Part shown: positions 58,825 to 64,000 of the stretch, in pieces
Layout: every line of letters begins with the position of its first letter
Position numbering within the stretch: position 1 is the first letter of the stretch
NCBI GenBank assembly: GCA_913048175.1
Contig: CAJWVX010000001.1
Coordinates: 12,051 to 76,050, forward strand
Length of the DNA: 64,000 bases
DNA from: an uncultured Flavobacteriales bacterium
Lineage (GTDB): Bacteria; Bacteroidota; Bacteroidia; Flavobacteriales_E; Vicingaceae
Direction: 5' to 3'
Translations under genes and position numbers: made by a program
The notes under the pieces: model-generated
Seen by the model: only the letters and a program-made list of their open reading frames with translations
The model's database searches: none
What the model was told of the DNA's origin: nothing

Positions 58825-59940
58825 ATGGAGTTATTTGAAAAAGTCTCCATGTTTCCTACTTCTTATGTTGAAGTTCTTCAACGCGTTCGCAAGATTGATC
58901 CTATCAAGTATGGCTCATCTCGAAATTATATAAATGGCTCTGTTTCTTATCTATCGCCTTATATTTCAAGAGGCATTATTTCTACAAAATTTATATTTTC
59001 TGAAATGATGAATAGGGGGTATGAACCTCCTCGAATTCAAAAGTTTATTCAAGAATTAGCTTGGAGAGATTACTGGCAACAGGTTTGGATTGCAAAAGGA
59101 GATGGTATTAATCAAGATTTAAAACACGATCAAAAGCCTGTTTCATCTATTGCTATTCCAACAGCAATTGTAAAAGCCAATACAGGTATTGAAGCGGTTG
59201 ATAAAGCTATTCAAGCATTTTATCAAACAGGTTATATGCACAATCATTTGAGAATGTATATTGCATCTATTACTTGTAACATGGGACAAAGTCATTGGAA
59301 ATCTCCTGCTCAATGGATGTATTATTATTTGTTAGATGCCGACTGGGCAAGCAATGCATTAAGTTGGCAGTGGGTAGCCGGAGCCAATGCCAACAAGAAA
59401 TATGTGGCCAATCAAGATAACATCAATAGGTATTGTTTTACAAATCAAAAACATACGTTCTTAGATGTACCTTATGAAGCGTTTGCTTTTATGCAAATTC
59501 CTGAAGTTTTAAAAAATACTATTCCATTCGCATTAAAAACCGCTTTGCCAACCCAAAAAGAAATAATAATAGATGAAGCCCTTCCAACCTATATCTATAA
59601 TTTTTATAACCTAGACCCCATTTGGGGAGAAGAGATTGTTGCAAATAGAATTCTATTATTAGAACCGACTCATTTTGAGCAATATCCTATAGCACAAAAA
59701 TCGATTGATTTTATGCTTCAATTTTCCGAAGAAAATATATCTAATATTCAGATTTACATAGGTGAATTTAGTGCTTTTAATAAAGTTTATAATTCTACAA
59801 CTATTCACTATAAAGAGCACCCCTTAAACAATCATTATAAAGGGATAGAAGAATCTAGAGATTGGATGTTTGAGGTGAAAGGTTATTATTCCTCTTTCTT
59901 TTCTTTTTGGAAAAAATGTAAAAAAGAGTTGGACTATTGA
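58825..59940 (+). CDS. Photolyase/cryptochrome-superfamily protein with N-terminal FAD domain (inverted topology, NewPHL-like)
   Basis: 371 aa. FAD-domain motifs [34 protein letters not shown] and [16 protein letters not shown] all fall within residues ~35-200. No N-terminal alpha/beta domain precedes them, and ~150 aa of extra C-terminal sequence follows. Confidence 0.7.
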   Translation: MELFEKVSMFPTSYVEVLQRVRKIDPIKYGSSRNYINGSVSYLSPYISRGIISTKFIFSEMMNRGYEPPRIQKFIQELAWRDYWQQVWIAKGDGINQDLKHDQKPVSSIAIPTAIVKANTGIEAVDKAIQAFYQTGYMHNHLRMYIASITCNMGQSHWKSPAQWMYYYLLDADWASNALSWQWVAGANANKKYVANQDNINRYCFTNQKHTFLDVPYEAFAFMQIPEVLKNTIPFALKTALPTQKEIIIDEALPTYIYNFYNLDPIWGEEIVANRILLLEPTHFEQYPIAQKSIDFMLQFSEENISNIQIYIGEFSAFNKVYNSTTIHYKEHPLNNHYKGIEESRDWMFEVKGYYSSFFSFWKKCKKELDY

Positions 59941-61409
59941 AAGAGCAAACGATAAATATTGTTTGGTTGAAGCGCGATATTCGTTCACAGGACCATGAGC
60001 CTTTATTAAGGGCAGAGCGAGCTGGTATACCCTATCGAATTGTTTATTTATTTGAACCTTCTTTAATTGAATATCCAGATACAAGCTTGAGACATTTACA
60101 GTTTGTTTACCATTCTATTTTAGCCTTAAATAAGACTTTGGCTTCTTTTAACAGAAGTGTTACTATTTTTTATGGAGAAGCTATTGATGTATTTCAATAC
60201 CTTGCAGCAGACTTTGATGTTAAAACTATTTTTAGCTTTCGTGAAAGTGGAACTCAAATAACTTGGCAACGGGATAAACAAATAAAACGGTTTTGTAAAC
60301 AACATCATATAGAATGGCAAGAATCACAACGGGATGGAATTTTGAGAGGGATTAAAAATCGATACGATTGGAGTAAACAATGGCATCAATCAATGCACCG
60401 ATCAGTTCTTCAAAATAATTATTCTATCGCTCAAGAAGAACCAATTTTACATTCCTTTTTATTGCCTGAAAAATTAATTGTTCAACTTAATGCATACCCA
60501 GAACAATATCAACCGGCTGGTGAACAGAATGCTTGGCGCTATTTAAAATCATTTGCTAATAAAAGAGGTTTTAACTATCAGAGGCACATTTCAAAACCTA
60601 CTGAAAGTAGAACTGGTTGTAGTCGACTATCTCCTTATTTAGCTTGGGGAAACTTGAGTATTAAGCAAGTATTTCACTTTATAGGAACACATCCTAATGG
60701 AACAAAAAATAGTAGGGCTTTTTCTGCAATGTTGACTCGATTGCATTGGCATTGTCATTTTATTCAGAAGTTTGAAGTAGAATGCAGTTATGAAACCGAA
60801 TGTGTTAATAGTGGCTATGAACTTTTATCCCATGAAAAAAAAACTGATTTTTTAGAAGCTTGGAAAAACGGTACAACAGGTTACCCATTAATTGATGCTT
60901 GTATGCGAGCTGTTGCAGAAACAGGCTGGATTAACTTCCGAATGCGCGCTATGGTAGTTTCTTTTTTAGCATTAAATCTCGATCAAGATTGGAGAGACGG
61001 AACCTACCATTTAGCCAAACAGTTTTTAGATTATGAACCTGGTATTCATTATCCGCAGTTTCAAATGCAGGCAGGTACAACTGGTATTAATACAGTTCGT
61101 CTTTATAATCCTGTGAAAAATTCTCAGGAACATGATCCTGAAGGCGTTTTTATAAAAAAATGGATTCCAGAACTCAATAAGGTTCCAAAAGCTTTTATTC
61201 ATGAACCTTGGATAATGACGGCAATGGATCAACTATTTTGTGAAGTAACTATTGGTAAAGATTATCCCTTACCAATTGTAGATTTACAAGAAAGTGCACG
61301 ACTTGCAAGAGATAAAATTTGGAGTCACAAAAAGCATCCTGCAGTACAAAAAGAAAAAATGCGTCTGCTAAATACTCATGTAAATAGAACTCATAATGGT
61401 TTACACTAA
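59937..61409 (+). CDS. Cryptochrome/deoxyribodipyrimidine photolyase family protein, canonical domain order
   Basis: 490 aa. The N-terminal alpha/beta domain reads [16 protein letters not shown]. The FAD domain has [24 protein letters not shown]...[26 protein letters not shown] and [22 protein letters not shown]. The TTG start overlaps the upstream stop. Confidence 0.85.
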   Translation: MKEQTINIVWLKRDIRSQDHEPLLRAERAGIPYRIVYLFEPSLIEYPDTSLRHLQFVYHSILALNKTLASFNRSVTIFYGEAIDVFQYLAADFDVKTIFSFRESGTQITWQRDKQIKRFCKQHHIEWQESQRDGILRGIKNRYDWSKQWHQSMHRSVLQNNYSIAQEEPILHSFLLPEKLIVQLNAYPEQYQPAGEQNAWRYLKSFANKRGFNYQRHISKPTESRTGCSRLSPYLAWGNLSIKQVFHFIGTHPNGTKNSRAFSAMLTRLHWHCHFIQKFEVECSYETECVNSGYELLSHEKKTDFLEAWKNGTTGYPLIDACMRAVAETGWINFRMRAMVVSFLALNLDQDWRDGTYHLAKQFLDYEPGIHYPQFQMQAGTTGINTVRLYNPVKNSQEHDPEGVFIKKWIPELNKVPKAFIHEPWIMTAMDQLFCEVTIGKDYPLPIVDLQESARLARDKIWSHKKHPAVQKEKMRLLNTHVNRTHNGLH

Positions 61410-62028
61410 AAATGACATTGAACAACTTGACCGTATTACTCGATTAAAGCTTATTAATTCGGTTACTGGCATTAAGCCTGCAAATCTTATTGGTACAATC
61501 TCAGATAAAGGAGATGCTAATTTGGCAATATTCAGCTCGATTGTACACTTAGGTAGTAATCCTGCTCTTTTAGGTTTTATATCTAGACCTAAAACTGCAG
61601 AGGTAGGACACACATTCCGTAACATTCAAGAAAATGGTTTTTATACGATTAATCACATCCAACCAGAATTTGTTAAAAATGCTCATTATACTTCAGTCAA
61701 ATTTGCTGAAGATATTTCTGAGTTTGAACAATGCAAGCTTTCTGAAGAATATATCAATAATTTTAAAGCACCCTTTGTAAAAGAAAGCACATTTAAAATG
61801 GGTATGCGCTTTAAAGAGTCTGTAGACATTAAATTGAATGATACAATGATGGTTATTGGAGAAATAGAAAGTATTATATTTCCCGATAAAGCACTAATAA
61901 ATGGAGATATTGATTTAGAATATACAAATGGTGTTGGTATTTCTGGGTTAAATAGTTACTATTCTTTAAAAAAAATTGCCAATTATCCGTTTGCTAAAAT
62001 AAATGAGTTGCCAGATTTTACAACATGA
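61396..62028 (+). CDS. Flavin reductase-like (FMN-binding split-barrel) domain protein
   Basis: 210 aa. [44 protein letters not shown]...[17 protein letters not shown] fits the Flavin_Reduct pattern. It overlaps the upstream gene by 14 nt. Confidence 0.65.
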   Translation: MVYTKNDIEQLDRITRLKLINSVTGIKPANLIGTISDKGDANLAIFSSIVHLGSNPALLGFISRPKTAEVGHTFRNIQENGFYTINHIQPEFVKNAHYTSVKFAEDISEFEQCKLSEEYINNFKAPFVKESTFKMGMRFKESVDIKLNDTMMVIGEIESIIFPDKALINGDIDLEYTNGVGISGLNSYYSLKKIANYPFAKINELPDFTT

Positions 62029-62159
62029 AAAAAGTAAATCTTCCCATAAAGAGCTGTTTGGTTTGCAAGTTGAACTTTACTTGGCGAAAAAAATGGGAGA
62101 AAAATTGGGCAGATGTAAAATATTGCAGTGAGCGTTGTAGAAGAAATAAAAAAAAATGA
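62025..62159 (+). CDS. DUF2256-like 44-aa Cys4 zinc-ribbon protein (not in ORF track)
   Basis: Encodes [44 protein letters not shown], with the CxxC...W.KKW...VKYCSERCR pattern. ATGA overlaps occur at both ends (62025-62028 and 62156-62159). Confidence 0.7.
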   Translation: MKKVNLPIKSCLVCKLNFTWRKKWEKNWADVKYCSERCRRNKKK

Positions 62160-63649
62160 AACAAATCAATATCCTTTTTCCGAATCAATTGTTTGAAAAG
62201 TCTCCACTTTTTGAAAACAAGGCACCTTTTTATATTGTTGAGGAATATTTATTCTTTAAACAATATAAGTTTCATAAACAGAAAATAGCTTTTCATAGAG
62301 CAACTATGAAGTGTTATGCTGATTATCTTCGTAAACAGGAAAATATTGAAGTCCATTATGTTGAAGCAATAGAAACAATTTCTGATATCCGATTACTTAT
62401 TCCTGAGTTAAAACGGCAAGGAGTTGAAAAGATCAATTATATTGATCCGGTAGATAATTGGCTTCAAAAAAGATTAAATAAGGGCTGTTTAGAAAACAAT
62501 ATTTCAACCTCGGTTTTCGATTCTCCATTATTTTTAAATACCAAAGAAGATCTCGCGCCATTTTTTAGAGGTGATAAAAAGAAATATCATCAAACCACCT
62601 TTTATACTGATCAACGTAAAAAGCGGAATATATTAATGGAACAAGATGGAAAACCTACTGGTGGTAAATGGACTTTTGATACAGATAATCGAAAGAAATA
62701 TCCTGCTAAAAAACTACCTCCATCTATTCAATACCCAACTGTTAACCAATATTACGAAGAAGCTAAAGCTTATGTGTCAATGCACTTCTCTAATCACTTA
62801 GGAAGTCTTACAGAGTATTTATTGTACCCAACCAGTTTTGAAGCAACAAAAGATTGGCTCAATCAGTTTTTTGAACAACGCTTTATGGAGTTTGGTGTAT
62901 ACGAAGATGCCATTGTTGCAGAAAATTCAATACTTAATCATAGTGTTTTAACTCCTATGCTTAATGTGGGTTTAATAACACCTAAAACAATTATTGAGGA
63001 ATGTTTATTATATGCTGAAAAGAATAATGTACCCATTAATTCTACAGAAGGTTTTGTGCGTCAGATAATAGGGTGGAGAGAATTTATAAGAGGTATTTAT
63101 GAATGTAGAGGAAGTGAAGAACGGACGACCAATTTCTGGAAATTTAAAAAGAAGATACCCGCTTCTTTTTATGACGGAACTACTGGGATTCAACCCATTG
63201 ATCAAACGATTAAGAAAGTATTAAAAACCGGTTATTGTAATCACATAGAACGCCTAATGATATTGGGAAATTTTATGATGCTCTGCGAGTTTGATCCAGA
63301 TGAAGTTTATCAATGGTTTATGGAACTTTTTATTGATTCATATGATTGGGTTATGGTAACCAATATCTATGGAATGAGTCAGTTCGCAGATGGGGGATTG
63401 ATGGCTACTAAACCTTATATAAGTGGTAGCAACTATATTATGAAGATGAGTAACTATAAAAAAGGAGAGTGGCAAGCTGTTTGGGATGGTCTGTTTTGGA
63501 GGTTTATGCATACCCATCGGGATTTCTTTTTATCCAACCCTAGATTAGGAATGTTGGTGAGAATGTTTGATAAAATGCCTGAGGAGAAAAAGCAGGCGCA
63601 TCTAGAAAATGGAGCAAAATATTTATTATCCTTAAAAGATTTAAAATAG
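62156..63649 (+). CDS. Deoxyribodipyrimidine photolyase-related protein (DPRP; PhrB/CryB-like bacterial (6-4)-type clade) lacking the Fe-S cysteines
   Basis: 497 aa with ILFPNQLF at the N-terminus, [46 protein letters not shown], and [32 protein letters not shown]. The CxxC...C segment expected after this last motif is absent. Confidence 0.8.
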   Translation: MKQINILFPNQLFEKSPLFENKAPFYIVEEYLFFKQYKFHKQKIAFHRATMKCYADYLRKQENIEVHYVEAIETISDIRLLIPELKRQGVEKINYIDPVDNWLQKRLNKGCLENNISTSVFDSPLFLNTKEDLAPFFRGDKKKYHQTTFYTDQRKKRNILMEQDGKPTGGKWTFDTDNRKKYPAKKLPPSIQYPTVNQYYEEAKAYVSMHFSNHLGSLTEYLLYPTSFEATKDWLNQFFEQRFMEFGVYEDAIVAENSILNHSVLTPMLNVGLITPKTIIEECLLYAEKNNVPINSTEGFVRQIIGWREFIRGIYECRGSEERTTNFWKFKKKIPASFYDGTTGIQPIDQTIKKVLKTGYCNHIERLMILGNFMMLCEFDPDEVYQWFMELFIDSYDWVMVTNIYGMSQFADGGLMATKPYISGSNYIMKMSNYKKGEWQAVWDGLFWRFMHTHRDFFLSNPRLGMLVRMFDKMPEEKKQAHLENGAKYLLSLKDLK

Positions 63650-63654
63650 GTCCT

Positions 63655-64000
63655 TTAAATAAAATTCGTTTTAAATAAACTATAGATAAATAATAAACTC
63701 CATAGAAAAGTTCTAATCCAGTTCTTATTTACTAGGGAAATTAGCATCTTTTTATTAACTTCTTTATTAGATATATTAAGGTGAATTGGAGCAAACTGTA
63801 TGAAAGTTGATATCCATAACACAATAATTATTAAAAGACTAATAAAAGTATACGTGTTAGGTTGAGTTATTAATTGACAGATAGAAATGCCGAGTTGACC
63901 AAACATTAACGGAATCACAATGAAGCTAAAGCTAGACATATATTTTTTATGCCACTTTATTAAATTTTCTGTTCTGTAATAAAGAAAACTGGGATAGATA
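63655..64000 (-). CDS. Membrane protein, partial (N-terminus beyond window end)
   Basis: The reading frame stays open upstream of the track Met (63939) to the window edge (...IYPSFLYYRTENLIKWHKKYMSSFSF...). There are several TM helices. The family is not assigned. Confidence 0.5.
   Translation of the reverse strand, partial: IYPSFLYYRTENLIKWHKKYMSSFSFIVIPLMFGQLGISICQLITQPNTYTFISLLIIIVLWISTFIQFAPIHLNISNKEVNKKMLISLVNKNWIRTFLWSLLFIYSLFKTNFI

Overview
This is a low-GC chromosomal segment, roughly 30-33% G+C in hand-counted samples. It looks like a Bacteroidota, most likely Flavobacteriia: there are T9SS C-terminal sorting domains, a 287-aa primary sigma factor, TAnnTTTG -7 promoter motifs, and GWxTD, DUF3127 and DUF3667 families. 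Most of the window is densely packed housekeeping DNA. It includes dnaA, rpoD, recX, an ABC-F ATPase, RluA- and RsmI-like RNA-modification enzymes, dacB, several transporters (SulP, DASS, MFS, TauE), thioredoxin-fold proteins, a hybrid histidine kinase phosphorelay and one tRNA-Ser(UGA). I saw no CRISPR array, transposase, integrase or rRNA. The accessory content is: (1) at 58.5-63.6 kb, a six-gene translationally coupled photolyase-superfamily operon. It carries a small TIGR03643-like protein, a photolyase with the FAD domain first (inverted topology), a canonical-topology photolyase/cryptochrome, a flavin-reductase-like protein, an unannotated 44-aa DUF2256-like zinc ribbon, and a PhrB/CryB-like protein that appears to lack all four Fe-S cysteines. 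This is my best candidate for an incompletely described system. (2) A full-length gammaproteobacterial-type RapA/HepA SNF2 ATPase lies directly downstream of tRNA-Ser and has atypical Arg codon usage. (3) An ars operon uses a MIP channel with NPA/NPI motifs instead of ArsB/Acr3. It also encodes an outer-membrane beta-barrel and a DUF6428 protein that, like the ArsR, ends in Cys-Cys. (4) A DUF3127 protein has SSB-like architecture and a DDDLPF tail. (5) Two clear pseudogenes are present (ogt and an M15 cell-wall peptidase). All family assignments come from motif recognition by eye and none was verified by a search.
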